Assembly (NCBI GenBank): GCA_963772835.1
Contig: CAVYYZ010000024.1
Location: 64,001 to 128,000, forward strand
Reading direction: 5' to 3'
DNA length: 64,000 nt
Origin: an uncultured delta proteobacterium
GTDB taxonomy: Bacteria > Desulfobacterota > Desulfuromonadia > Geobacterales > Pseudopelobacteraceae
Both the position numbers and the translations under genes were made by a program. Below are positions 31,030 through 40,273 of this stretch, one piece after another (the stretch's first letter is position 1; each line of letters opens with the position of its first letter). Under the pieces are notes generated by a model. It had not been told where the DNA came from and searched no databases. It saw nothing but the letters and a program-made list of their open reading frames with translations.

Positions 31030-33066
31030 CTACCATCCTGTCTTGGTACCACCACCGGAACAACCACCGTTAATGGTACTGTGGACGCATGTTTGTGATG
31101 TGGAAGATGCTCCTTTTGGGCCGGTGAGCGGTGTAATCCCGTTTCTCATATTGGCGGCATTCGGGTTGGCATTCCGATTCCCCGGACCGTGATCGACTCC
31201 CGACCCGGAGCCGCCGGTGGCATGACATATTGTACACGTAGTGTTGTTGTGCGCTCCATCCTGTGCACCGCCATGGTAACCCAGTCTGTCGGGAAATGCT
31301 GATCCGGTGGGTTTGCCGTTCGCGGCGCCGTGACAGGATCCGCAGCCTATTCCTGGCGCGGCTTTTTTATGGCAGCCACGACAGTCAGGGGCATTGCCAA
31401 GTGTAGCAGCAGGGTATGCGCTGGTTGCGGTGCCGATGGCGTGACAGGCGGTGCAGGCAGCACCGGTTCCGGCTGCCTGATGGTTGTAGTTAGGGACCGC
31501 ATGTGCGCCGCCACTGGCTTCTACTGAGCCGTTGATATGCTGTGCAATACCGGTCGGCGTGAATCCGTCATTGGTAGCGTTGACATGGAGATGGCATCCC
31601 GAGCAGGCACTGCTTGCTGAATGCGCCGCGGCTCCGTTGCGAACTGTCGTTGGAGGATATCCGTGACAGGTGGAGCATCCTGCCGTCAGATAATTTGCCT
31701 GGTTCCAGACGGGGGACTTGTTTGACCCTCCGCCCGTTAGTGTTGTCCCGTGGCAGTAGGTGTTTGCACAGGCTCCTGTTGCAGCGGTATATGTCGGCGT
31801 CAAGGAGCCGGTTTTCGCCAGAGTACCGAAAACGACATCGTTCACACCGTTTCTGTGTGTCCCGGAAACTGCCGGTGAGATCGGTACCGCATGGCACTCA
31901 GAACAGGCAATGTTGGCCGAATAGGCAGGAGCCTGAACGGCCGCGTTCAAATGTTTAATATGAGCACCGACTTTTGCATCACTCGGTGCGGTAACCCCGG
32001 CAAGCGAGTTGAAACTGGTGGCCGAAAGCGGGCCGTGGCAGACGGTGCAATTGCTCGTTGCTCTTATGTCGGCGTGGCAGAGCGTGCCGTTGAAACATCC
32101 GGCGGTGCCTGCACCGAAGGAGCCGGCTGGAGCAAATCGGGCCAGATATGGCTGAGCCAGGTTCTTCAGAGCGGCATTGTGGCACTGGGTACAGACTCCG
32201 GCATTATTTACGTCGGTGTTCGTATGAGTGACCGTGCCGGTTGAACGCCAGTTTGCAGCCACCGGGTGAGGAGCGGGCCCGGCGGGAATGTGGCACGTCG
32301 CCGTCATACATGAAAGTCCAATACCGCCGGCAAAATTATTCCCATGGCATTGTGTACAGTACGCAAATCCCTGAGATGCTGCCGGTGCCGCTTTGGCGGC
32401 ACTGCCGTGACTGCTGGCGGCAAGCCATCCGGCGGGATGACCGCTTCTTACTCCATGGCACATCGTACTGTTAAAGCAGTCGGGTGTCGAACCGGCCGGG
32501 ACAGTTTGAGGGACGGTAAGCCGCAGGTTGTTAAGGTGGCAGCGGGCACATTCGGCAGCGTTCACGGTAGCAGTGGTCGTGTGGGTCGTTCCTGTCGCAG
32601 TTGTGCCTCTCCATGGGGTCGCAGGATGAGGTGCAGTGGTATGGCACGTCATACAGGATTTACCGGCATCACCCGTAAAATTCGTTCCGTGGCACTGTGT
32701 GCAGTAGTGCAGCCCGGGTGCTGCAGCTTTAGCCGCGCTGCCGTGGCTGCCGGGGGCGCTCCAACCGGCCGGATGGCTGGAGGGGCCGTTTGGATGGCAC
32801 GCGATTCCGCTGCGGGAGGTGCTGAAACAGCTTACTCCGCTGATGCCGCCCGTTGATAGAGGGTCTTGAGCGCTGCCGTGACATTCAACACATGCGCTTT
32901 TATTGGCCTGATACGCTGCCGGATGGTTTCCTCCGATCGATGCGACCGCCCATCCGGCAGGATGCTTGCCGGAGACGTCGAGAGTAATCGGTGTGTCATT
33001 GGCAGTGCTGCATCCCCAGAGGCTTATGAGCATGAGCAGTATTGCGCCGCTTTTAATCGTGGTCAT
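31030..33066 (-). CDS. Large multiheme c-type cytochrome lipoprotein (14 CXXCH + 5 wider-spaced CXnCH motifs)
   Basis: Lipobox LWGC; 14 CXXCH counted, plus CX9CH, two CX5CH and two CX4CH; repeated HPAGW modules. Confidence 0.93.
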   Translation of the reverse strand: MTTIKSGAILLMLISLWGCSTANDTPITLDVSGKHPAGWAVASIGGNHPAAYQANKSACVECHGSAQDPLSTGGISGVSCFSTSRSGIACHPNGPSSHPAGWSAPGSHGSAAKAAAPGLHYCTQCHGTNFTGDAGKSCMTCHTTAPHPATPWRGTTATGTTHTTTATVNAAECARCHLNNLRLTVPQTVPAGSTPDCFNSTMCHGVRSGHPAGWLAASSHGSAAKAAPAASQGFAYCTQCHGNNFAGGIGLSCMTATCHIPAGPAPHPVAANWRSTGTVTHTNTDVNNAGVCTQCHNAALKNLAQPYLARFAPAGSFGAGTAGCFNGTLCHADIRATSNCTVCHGPLSATSFNSLAGVTAPSDAKVGAHIKHLNAAVQAPAYSANIACSECHAVPISPAVSGTHRNGVNDVVFGTLAKTGSLTPTYTAATGACANTYCHGTTLTGGGSNKSPVWNQANYLTAGCSTCHGYPPTTVRNGAAAHSASSACSGCHLHVNATNDGFTPTGIAQHINGSVEASGGAHAVPNYNHQAAGTGAACTACHAIGTATSAYPAATLGNAPDCRGCHKKAAPGIGCGSCHGAANGKPTGSAFPDRLGYHGGAQDGAHNNTTCTICHATGGSGSGVDHGPGNRNANPNAANMRNGITPLTGPKGASSTSQTCVHSTINGGCSGGGTKTGW

Positions 33067-33075
33067 GGCATTCTC

Positions 33076-33552
33076 CTATCTGTGGCACGCGACGCAGCGT
33101 TCGTTGTTGGCCCTGCCGTGGCAGCGATAACAGCTGGCAGGGTCAAGTTTTCCTTCAATCTTGTGCATGGTCATAAAGTTGCCGCGATGCTGCATTTCAC
33201 GGTCGGGACGGTTGCCGTATTTTATGGACGGCTTCATTTCAACCTGGTTGGTGTGGCAGTCGTTGCAGAAGGAGCTTTTATGACAGGTGGAGCAGAGGCG
33301 GTCATCTGACGCGGCGTAGAAACGGTGGTTTTTGACGAACGATCGTGTGTGGCTGAATGAGTTGAAGGCCTTCATGGTACCCTTCTGCTGGTCTTCATGA
33401 CATTCGGCACAATTCACCTGCTGTCCGACCGCCAGCGCTTCCGGATGGGAGGCGGGGAGGCCGGGAACCGTTTTCATCTGCGCGCAGGAGGCGAATATGC
33501 CAATGAACCCTGCGACTGCAAGGAGTGGGAGCATCAGTGTTCTGTTTTTCAT
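33076..33552 (-). CDS. Pentaheme c-type cytochrome, probable lipoprotein (ExtC/ExtF-like)
   Basis: FASC lipobox-like; CAECH, CSTCH, CNDCH, CYRCH, CVACH. Confidence 0.9.
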   Translation of the reverse strand: MKNRTLMLPLLAVAGFIGIFASCAQMKTVPGLPASHPEALAVGQQVNCAECHEDQQKGTMKAFNSFSHTRSFVKNHRFYAASDDRLCSTCHKSSFCNDCHTNQVEMKPSIKYGNRPDREMQHRGNFMTMHKIEGKLDPASCYRCHGRANNERCVACHR

Positions 33553-34865
33553 TTCTTCCCTCCAATGCCGGTGAACGTCATGTTGTAGGTCAAGCGGAGA
33601 AGTGCTCTGACTTCTTCGGTAAATTGGGGGTTTCTGCCGTAACTGAGGTCGCCCGACAGTGCCAGGGCGGGGGTGATGTGATAGCCGAGTGAGGTGGTTG
33701 CTTCCCAGGCGCTGCTTTTGTTGTAGATTTTCTCTTTGAAGAAGTCGCCCAGGATGTCGATGGCGCCAAAGTAGCTCTTGGTGTCACGCATGACGTAGCA
33801 ACGTATTTCGTGGTAGGAGGCTGATACGTCGGGCGTAATGGCGAAGCCCTGCCCGGCATTCAGGTAGTGATAGCCGATGCCGCCGCGGATGGTGTTGTCT
33901 TTGTAGTTGACGCGGGTATCCAGGCCGTAGCGTGAAGCGCTGCCGAATTCGCGGGTGTAGCGTTTGTAGTCGGCGGCTATGTCAAGGCCTGTATCGACTT
34001 GATAGGAGGCGATCAGGCCGGCCGAACTGGAGTTGTCGGTGGGTTTGATGGCGGAGGCGGAGAACATGGTCCAGGTGTACAGGGCGCTGGTTTCGAGGTA
34101 CTGGTTGAATTCTCCTGTCAGTACCAGCTGTCGGACCGGTTTGATGTTAAGCAGGTAGGAGTGCTCGGCGAACTGCTTGGTTTCTGTGTTGTAGCTGCTG
34201 TGCCCGAGTATGTCGAGTGCGTTGACGGGGGTGATCCAGATGTCGGCTCCTGCCCTGCGGTAGTTCGTGGCGGTGTGGGTGACAAGCGTCGGGGCGTCGG
34301 TTTCGTAGACTCCTGAGAGTCCGACTTCAAGAAGGCCTTTGTATCGATAGTTGACGCGCCCTCCATAGCTGGCATCTCCCTTGCCGTCGCTGTTTTCACC
34401 GCTGATATTGGTCGTGTGGACGGTTGCACCGCCGAAGGCTGACAGGCCAAAGCCCATCGGCAGGTCGGTGCGGGCGCTGAGACCGTCGATCTGCTCATTG
34501 ACGATGCCTTCGTGGATAAATTGCCGTCCGACGCGGAGCTGTGCGCTTGTCTGGGCGAAGCGGTACTGAAGGTAGCCGTAGGTGATGCTTCCGGTGGTTG
34601 TGTCGTTGTTGTAGCTCTTGTCGGCCAGGTCGGTACGCCCCCATCCGTAAAAGTGGAGGGAAAGGTTGCCGTCGGCCAGTTTGTCGGCAGTCAGGCCGAG
34701 AAACTGAGTCGCCGGGAGAAGGGTCTCCTTCGGAGTGCCGGTAACGTCACGCTTGCCGAAACCGAACAGGGTGCTGGAGTCAATGGTTACGTCTGCCGCC
34801 AGAGCAGCGGCGGGGAGAGCGAACAGCGAGGCGGCGCAAAGAAGGGTGCAACACGATTTTTTCAT
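33549..34865 (-). CDS. Outer-membrane beta-barrel of a porin-cytochrome conduit (ExtB/ExtE-like)
   Basis: Signal peptide ending ALA-A, alternating Tyr/Gly-rich beta strands, ATGA overlap with the cytochrome gene. Confidence 0.8.
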   Translation of the reverse strand: MKKSCCTLLCAASLFALPAAALAADVTIDSSTLFGFGKRDVTGTPKETLLPATQFLGLTADKLADGNLSLHFYGWGRTDLADKSYNNDTTTGSITYGYLQYRFAQTSAQLRVGRQFIHEGIVNEQIDGLSARTDLPMGFGLSAFGGATVHTTNISGENSDGKGDASYGGRVNYRYKGLLEVGLSGVYETDAPTLVTHTATNYRRAGADIWITPVNALDILGHSSYNTETKQFAEHSYLLNIKPVRQLVLTGEFNQYLETSALYTWTMFSASAIKPTDNSSSAGLIASYQVDTGLDIAADYKRYTREFGSASRYGLDTRVNYKDNTIRGGIGYHYLNAGQGFAITPDVSASYHEIRCYVMRDTKSYFGAIDILGDFFKEKIYNKSSAWEATTSLGYHITPALALSGDLSYGRNPQFTEEVRALLRLTYNMTFTGIGGKK

Positions 34866-34895
34866 GGAGATACTCCTGTGCAAAGATGAATCCAC

Positions 34896-35060
34896 AGTAA
34901 GAATGATACCAGACAGCTATCTTAAATCAATTCGATAAAATTAATTGTTGCAGATAACAAAAACAAACAGAGCTATTACTGTAGTGATAATTCTGTTTGT
35001 CGTATCCTCCATGATATAACTCCGGGTGACATTCTATTCTCATTCCAATCAGGATGTCAA
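34896..35060 (-). promoter_or_regulatory. Upstream region of the conduit operon: sigma54-like box, 38-bp palindrome, sigma70-like promoter
   Basis: CTGGTAT-N4-TTACT-like box (34896-34912); palindrome ACAAACAGA...TCTGTTTGT (34963-35000); TTGACA-18-TAGAAT (35031-35060). Confidence 0.4.
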
Positions 35061-35212
35061 AATAAAAGGACAGTTCCGGTCTTATGCTCTATTGCCTTGA
35101 TGGTGGTTTGTTCCGGGTTGGAAAAACAGAGGAGCAAAATGATAGCCAATGTCTATCCCGGGTGCATGTATTGTTGAATGACCGCGACTGTATATTAATA
35201 GTCGGGATGCTA

Positions 35213-35614
35213 TTATTTGTTCTTGAGTAAGTCCCGTATTTCAGTGAGTAACACCTCCTGATTTGGAGGCGGTGCCGGCGTGGCAGGAGCCGCTTCTTCT
35301 TTTTTCTTGAGAGAGTTCATGGACTTTACTGCCATGAATATTGCGAAGGCAATAATAGTGAAATCTATTATTGTCTGCAGAAATTTTCCGTAGCTGATTA
35401 CCACGGCCGGTTTTTTGTCAACTGCTTCCTGGACGACTATGGACAGATTTGAAAAATCGACTCCACCCAATAAGACGCCGATTGGCGGCATAATTACATC
35501 GCCGACTAGAGATGAAATTATTTTGCCGAAAGCCGCTCCGATGATGATACCTACCGCCATGTCAACCACATTTCCCTTTACGGCAAAATCCTTAAATTCT
35601 TTGAGCATACCCAT
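35213..35614 (-). CDS. mscL: Large-conductance mechanosensitive channel
   Basis: [24 protein letters not shown]...[10 protein letters not shown]. Confidence 0.96.
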   Translation of the reverse strand: MGMLKEFKDFAVKGNVVDMAVGIIIGAAFGKIISSLVGDVIMPPIGVLLGGVDFSNLSIVVQEAVDKKPAVVISYGKFLQTIIDFTIIAFAIFMAVKSMNSLKKKEEAAPATPAPPPNQEVLLTEIRDLLKNK

Positions 35615-36003
35615 AACGTCCTCCTCCTCAAGATATAGTGTCCTGCCTGCCCGTCGCTGGAAACTTCAAAATAATACTCCAGATAAAAAGTTGATATGCA
35701 TTATCGTAGCAATAATATGGAATAAGACAACCTGGTCGCTGTAATTTTTTGAGCCTTTTCTGCGGTGATTTCCTCCCGGAGGGGCAATCACTACCGTATG
35801 GCAGAGAAAAATATTAAATGCTGAAACCATGCCCGAGTTTGATGATAAATCCGCATGAGGGGTCGACTGCCGGCATATACGGAATACGTTAGAGCCAGGC
35901 ACGTCGGATTGACGTATTGACTAAAAACATCATTAGTGTCAAAAAGGTAGGCAGAATGTATCAGCGGGGAACCTCCGCAGACCACACATTAAAGGAGTTT
36001 AGA

Positions 36004-36285
36004 ATGGCCAGAGCATCAGCACGCCACATTCTGGTGGCGACCAAAGAAGAGTGTGAAGCGTTAAAGGTAAAAATAGAAGCAGGTGAGGATTTTGCGGTAT
36101 GTGCCAAAGAGAACTCACAGTGCCCTTCCGGTAGAGATGGCGGTAACCTGGGCGAATTCGGCCCGGGGCAGATGGTCAAAGAGTTCGACACCGTTGTGTT
36201 CTCCGGAGAAGTCGGAAAAGTTCTTGGGCCGGTACAAACTCAGTTCGGGTATCATTTGATCGAAGTCACCAAGCGCACGGCATAA
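36004..36285 (+). CDS. ppiC: Parvulin peptidyl-prolyl isomerase
   Basis: ARHILV, CPSGRDGGNLG, GQMVKEFD, TQFGYHLI; AAGGAG RBS. Confidence 0.93.
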   Translation: MARASARHILVATKEECEALKVKIEAGEDFAVCAKENSQCPSGRDGGNLGEFGPGQMVKEFDTVVFSGEVGKVLGPVQTQFGYHLIEVTKRTA

Positions 36286-36303
36286 CGTGAGGGAATACGC
36301 ACC

Positions 36304-37176
36304 ATGAAGTTACTGGATGGGAAAATATGTGCTGAAAGTCTGGTAGCGGATATATCCAGACGGGTAGCAGGATATGTTGATTCCGGATTGCGCAAGCCGC
36401 ATATGACGGTGATCCTCGTCGGGGAACACGCCCCGAGCGAATCATATGTAAAATCAAAGATCAAATCATGCGAGAGCGCCGGTTTTGAAAGCGCCCTGCT
36501 CCGTTTTCCTGAAAGTATTACTGAGTCAGACCTGCTGGCGAAGATTGCCGGAGTCAATGCCGATCCTGCTACAGACGGGCTTATTGTCCAGTTGCCGCTG
36601 CCGAAGCATATCAACCCGCAGAACATTATCAATGCGATTGATCCGGAAAAAGATATTGACGGTTTTCACCCTACAAATTTCGGCCGTATGACTCTGGGGC
36701 AGAAGGCGTTCAGGCCGGCAACCGCATACGGTATCTGCAAGCTGCTGCAGTTTTACGAAATACCGGTCAAAGGGAAACATTGCGTTGTAATCGGCAGGTC
36801 GAATATCGTCGGCAAGCCGATATCAATAATGCTATCCAACGATTTCGAAATCGGCAATGCCACGGTTACCCTCGCTCACATCGAAACACCACGGGAGCTG
36901 CTGGTGGATGAAACCAGGCGTGCTGATATCATTGTCGTTGCCGTCGGGATCCCTGGATTTATTACTGTTGATATGGTTAAAGAGGGGGTCGTGATGATTG
37001 ATGTCGGCATCAACCGACTCGAAAACGGCAAACTGGTGGGAGATGTTGATTTTGAACATGTCAGCAATAAATGCTCATGGATAACGCCGGTACCCGGAGG
37101 CGTCGGAAGGATGACTGTAGCGGCGCTGATGATTAATACACTTATGGCGTATCAGAACAATTTCGATCTTGCCTGA
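36304..37176 (+). CDS. folD: Methylene-THF dehydrogenase/cyclohydrolase
   Basis: [36 protein letters not shown]. Confidence 0.95.
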   Translation: MKLLDGKICAESLVADISRRVAGYVDSGLRKPHMTVILVGEHAPSESYVKSKIKSCESAGFESALLRFPESITESDLLAKIAGVNADPATDGLIVQLPLPKHINPQNIINAIDPEKDIDGFHPTNFGRMTLGQKAFRPATAYGICKLLQFYEIPVKGKHCVVIGRSNIVGKPISIMLSNDFEIGNATVTLAHIETPRELLVDETRRADIIVVAVGIPGFITVDMVKEGVVMIDVGINRLENGKLVGDVDFEHVSNKCSWITPVPGGVGRMTVAALMINTLMAYQNNFDLA

Positions 37177-37193
37177 CCTTTTAACTCATTGAC

Positions 37194-37233
37194 GCAACAA
37201 AAAAAACGGCCTGGTGGCCGTTTTTTTTGTTGC
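37194..37233. terminator. Bidirectional intrinsic terminator
   Basis: GCAACAAAAAAAACGGCC-TGGT-GGCCGTTTTTTTTGTTGC. Confidence 0.85.
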
Positions 37234-37290
37234 AGTTCAATTGATGTAAAGAGGAAACTCCGGCATCCGGAAGATGATACATTCAGGGTG

Positions 37291-37809
37291 CTACTGAATG
37301 CTTATCAGCTCGATTTCAAAGGTTACATTTTCACCAGCCAGGGGATGGTTGGCATCAAAGGTGACCTGGTCCGCCGTGGTTTCGAGAACAACAACCTCAA
37401 GTTCCTCGTCATCTTCATTGGAAAGGCTCAGCTCATCACCGACTTCCGGGATAAGATCCTCCGGGAGGTCGCTGCGCGGTACGGTAAACACTTTTTCCTT
37501 GTCATACTCACCAAAAGCGTCAGCTGCAGATATTTTAACAGTCTTCTTTTCGCCCGGGGTCATGCCGACGATTGCGGCGTCAATTTGGGGGAAAAGGATT
37601 TCCTCTCCCAGGACGAACGTCATCGGTCCGCTTTCATGTCCGCCGCACTCGCATCCTTCGTCATCACAGCCGCCATCTTCACAGCCGTCATCACAGCATC
37701 CCTCGTCATCACATTCCATATCTTCCAGTGTCGAATCGAATACCGTTCCGTCTTCCAGTGTCCCGGTAAAGTTGATTGTTACGGTGTTGCCTTTTTCTGC
37801 CTGTGCCAT
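37291..37809 (-). CDS. slyD: SlyD-like FKBP PPIase with an internal Asp/Glu/Cys-rich insert
   Basis: GTLEDGTVFDST, AFGEYD, DANHPLAG; insert ECDDEGCCDDGCEDGGCDDEGCECGGH. Confidence 0.85.
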   Translation of the reverse strand: MAQAEKGNTVTINFTGTLEDGTVFDSTLEDMECDDEGCCDDGCEDGGCDDEGCECGGHESGPMTFVLGEEILFPQIDAAIVGMTPGEKKTVKISAADAFGEYDKEKVFTVPRSDLPEDLIPEVGDELSLSNEDDEELEVVVLETTADQVTFDANHPLAGENVTFEIELISIQ

Positions 37810-37935
37810 TGGATTGCCTTTCGTTTCTTATAAGTAATATATTGCGACGGAATAGAATACGGGAGAGTTCTCAATTCGTCCAGAAAAATCTTGTGTTGAC
37901 AATTTGTTGAAATGTAACTTACTGTAAAATAAATG

Positions 37936-40068
37936 TTATTTTATCGGAAGTAAATCCAGCCACCAAACAACGGCACCCGCACCCACAACAAACAGAATAA
38001 AAAACCACCGCTTCCAGGGACTTTTTTTCTCGGCGAAAGGATCAGATAATGAAGTGGTTGCCCCTTGGGGAAGTCGGGCCATACCGGTCAAGGATGCTCC
38101 GAAAGGTATGTTTATCTTTGCCCGGGTGTTGACTGCCCAGCCGTTTGCATCCAGCAGTCGACCAAGATTGCGTTGGCGGAGTTTAAACCAGGCAAGAAAA
38201 ATGGAAGGGCCCGAAATAAAGAGTATAATACCGACAATGACCAGCGGCATCTGCCACCACTGAAGTTTGAAAAAACCGGTCAGAATCGCTGCGAGAGCAG
38301 TGCCGATCGCACCGATGGCAAGGCCTACCGCCGCAAAAATTCCGGCAAATTTGCCGACATCAAATGCCTGCTGTTCCGGCTTGGCTTCTGCCTTCTTTCC
38401 GCCGACCGGAATGAGATCGGCCACCGCTTTTTCCTCATGTGCCTTTGAGCGGGCAGCGGCAATTTTTTGCAGTGCTTCACCGACCATCTTGCCGATACGC
38501 TTGTAAGGATCCCAGAATGCCTGGCGAATGCTGATCGGATGCTCAACGATTCGTACGATGGTGGCATCCCAGTCGACTCCCTGGCGATCGAAAAAAATAC
38601 CGTTGCGCCCTATCAGCAACTGATCGCTGTCGCCGTTAGTGATTGCTGCGGCTATGGTCATTTTATCGGCTCCGCCATTTCTGATGCAATCACAATACAC
38701 CAGATACACCCGGCTCAGGTTGGCAAGCAACGCATGTTTAGCGACATCAGTCACGGTGATGCAGAGTTCGAAGCTGCGGCCATCAAGAAAAAGAGAGCCG
38801 GACTGAAAAATGGCTTTACCGCGACCGGTATAGAAATCGCGGAAAGAGACAAAATTATTTGCCAGTGGCAGCAGGTCGCGACAATAGCGGACCAGGCGTT
38901 CAACTTCTATAATCGCATCGTACGCCGGCTTCAAGGCTACATCCTGATCGACCAGATCAAGCAGTACAGCTTCTGCTTGATCTTCCCGCCACTGCTTCAA
39001 CCGATTTTTACCAAGACCGCTGGCCGGAGTTTCAATCCTGTTGATCCACCAGGTTTCATAGAGAGCGACGGCAGTTTTTTGTTCATTCCACTGGTGCTCG
39101 GTGAGAACAACCAGTTCTCCCAGGAGTGGCTGCAGCAGTTCTCTGCGCACCCTGGCAATAATTGCACTCCAGGCCGGGTTTATTCCCTGCTCCAGATTCA
39201 GAGAACCATTGACTGTTACCGCGGAAAGGGGCAGAGCGGCGATTTCATCCGTACTCTCGGACAGGTTTCGGGGAGCAAGCGCGGCGAGAGTCTCATCACT
39301 GCTGTTCATCATGATCGCGGCTCGACTGTCAAAAGCCGCCATGCGGCAGCGGATGAAAAAATCATCTATTTTCGATTTGGCGCAATGCCAGAGTGCAATA
39401 GTCTCTTCCGGTAACCTGCTTGCCACCCCTTCAAATTCAGTATCATGCCAGGCCAGCCACGCGCATGTATCGGCTGAAAAACGCTCAACCATCTCGCGAG
39501 TGATACCCGAATCACCGCTCCGGTCTAATTCGCCGCCATAACAATTGATAATGTCAGTGATCCACCCTTTAAGACGTTCGTCGTCAGTTGAAGCGGCAGT
39601 TATGATGCCGTCGCCATTAAAGCGGGTCCGGGAGAGAATGGCTTCGCAATTACTAATATCAGAGACCGTGATCAGCAAAGCCTCAGGTTTGCCGATATTT
39701 GAAAGCAACGTCCTGGCAGCATCGAGAATCCTTGCGCCGGATTCCGTTTCCTCTGAAATGGCTGACAGCAGTACCCCCTGTTTACCACTCACCAATTGGG
39801 TCCTGTCATTCAGACATGTTCCGACCCATTCCGCAGCAGACAAAATTTCAGGTACCCGGATGTGCCCATCGCCGTCAATATCAATCAGTTGAAGAGTCCT
39901 CTGGTCGAATTCAACACCCTTGACCGGAAAGCTCAGGGCCGACCAGAGCTTGTTGTCTAGCTCGGACAGTGCAAGCAGATCTTCACCCGTCTCCAGCAGT
40001 ACCTGATCAAAGCCGCCAGCACGAAAAAACTTCCACTGATGCTTCGACGGTATACGTGTCTCTTCCAT
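37936..40068 (-). CDS. 710-aa uncharacterised protein with an EF-hand loop and three C-terminal hydrophobic segments
   Basis: Long ORF with GGGAG RBS; DIDGDGHIRVPE fits the 12-residue EF-hand loop. Confidence 0.8.
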   Translation of the reverse strand: MEETRIPSKHQWKFFRAGGFDQVLLETGEDLLALSELDNKLWSALSFPVKGVEFDQRTLQLIDIDGDGHIRVPEILSAAEWVGTCLNDRTQLVSGKQGVLLSAISEETESGARILDAARTLLSNIGKPEALLITVSDISNCEAILSRTRFNGDGIITAASTDDERLKGWITDIINCYGGELDRSGDSGITREMVERFSADTCAWLAWHDTEFEGVASRLPEETIALWHCAKSKIDDFFIRCRMAAFDSRAAIMMNSSDETLAALAPRNLSESTDEIAALPLSAVTVNGSLNLEQGINPAWSAIIARVRRELLQPLLGELVVLTEHQWNEQKTAVALYETWWINRIETPASGLGKNRLKQWREDQAEAVLLDLVDQDVALKPAYDAIIEVERLVRYCRDLLPLANNFVSFRDFYTGRGKAIFQSGSLFLDGRSFELCITVTDVAKHALLANLSRVYLVYCDCIRNGGADKMTIAAAITNGDSDQLLIGRNGIFFDRQGVDWDATIVRIVEHPISIRQAFWDPYKRIGKMVGEALQKIAAARSKAHEEKAVADLIPVGGKKAEAKPEQQAFDVGKFAGIFAAVGLAIGAIGTALAAILTGFFKLQWWQMPLVIVGIILFISGPSIFLAWFKLRQRNLGRLLDANGWAVNTRAKINIPFGASLTGMARLPQGATTSLSDPFAEKKSPWKRWFFILFVVGAGAVVWWLDLLPIK

Positions 40069-40226
40069 TGTTGTCTCCCTGATCAGATTCGGAGTTACAG
40101 CTATGACGTTGGCGTAAGCATTTCAGTGCAGTGCCGGCATTCCTTTATGAGCGCATGTTATCTGCTGCCATGATATTGAAGCTGAAACAGGATGGAGCGG
40201 AGGCAGAATGGTTGTAAAGCAGAATG

Positions 40227-40259
40227 TAAAAAGGGCAGCCCGTTCGGCATGCCCCTTTC
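40227..40259 (-). terminator. Intrinsic terminator after ftsZ
   Basis: GGGCATGCC-GAACG-GGCTGCCC followed by T5 on the minus strand. Confidence 0.65.
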
Positions 40260-40273
40260 TGCTTACATTATGT

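Noticed and set aside
35615..36003. GEMM-I riboswitch or sRNA between mscL and ppiC (hairpin ~35755-35810)
   Set aside because: No GEMM-I consensus seen; a lone imperfect hairpin is insufficient
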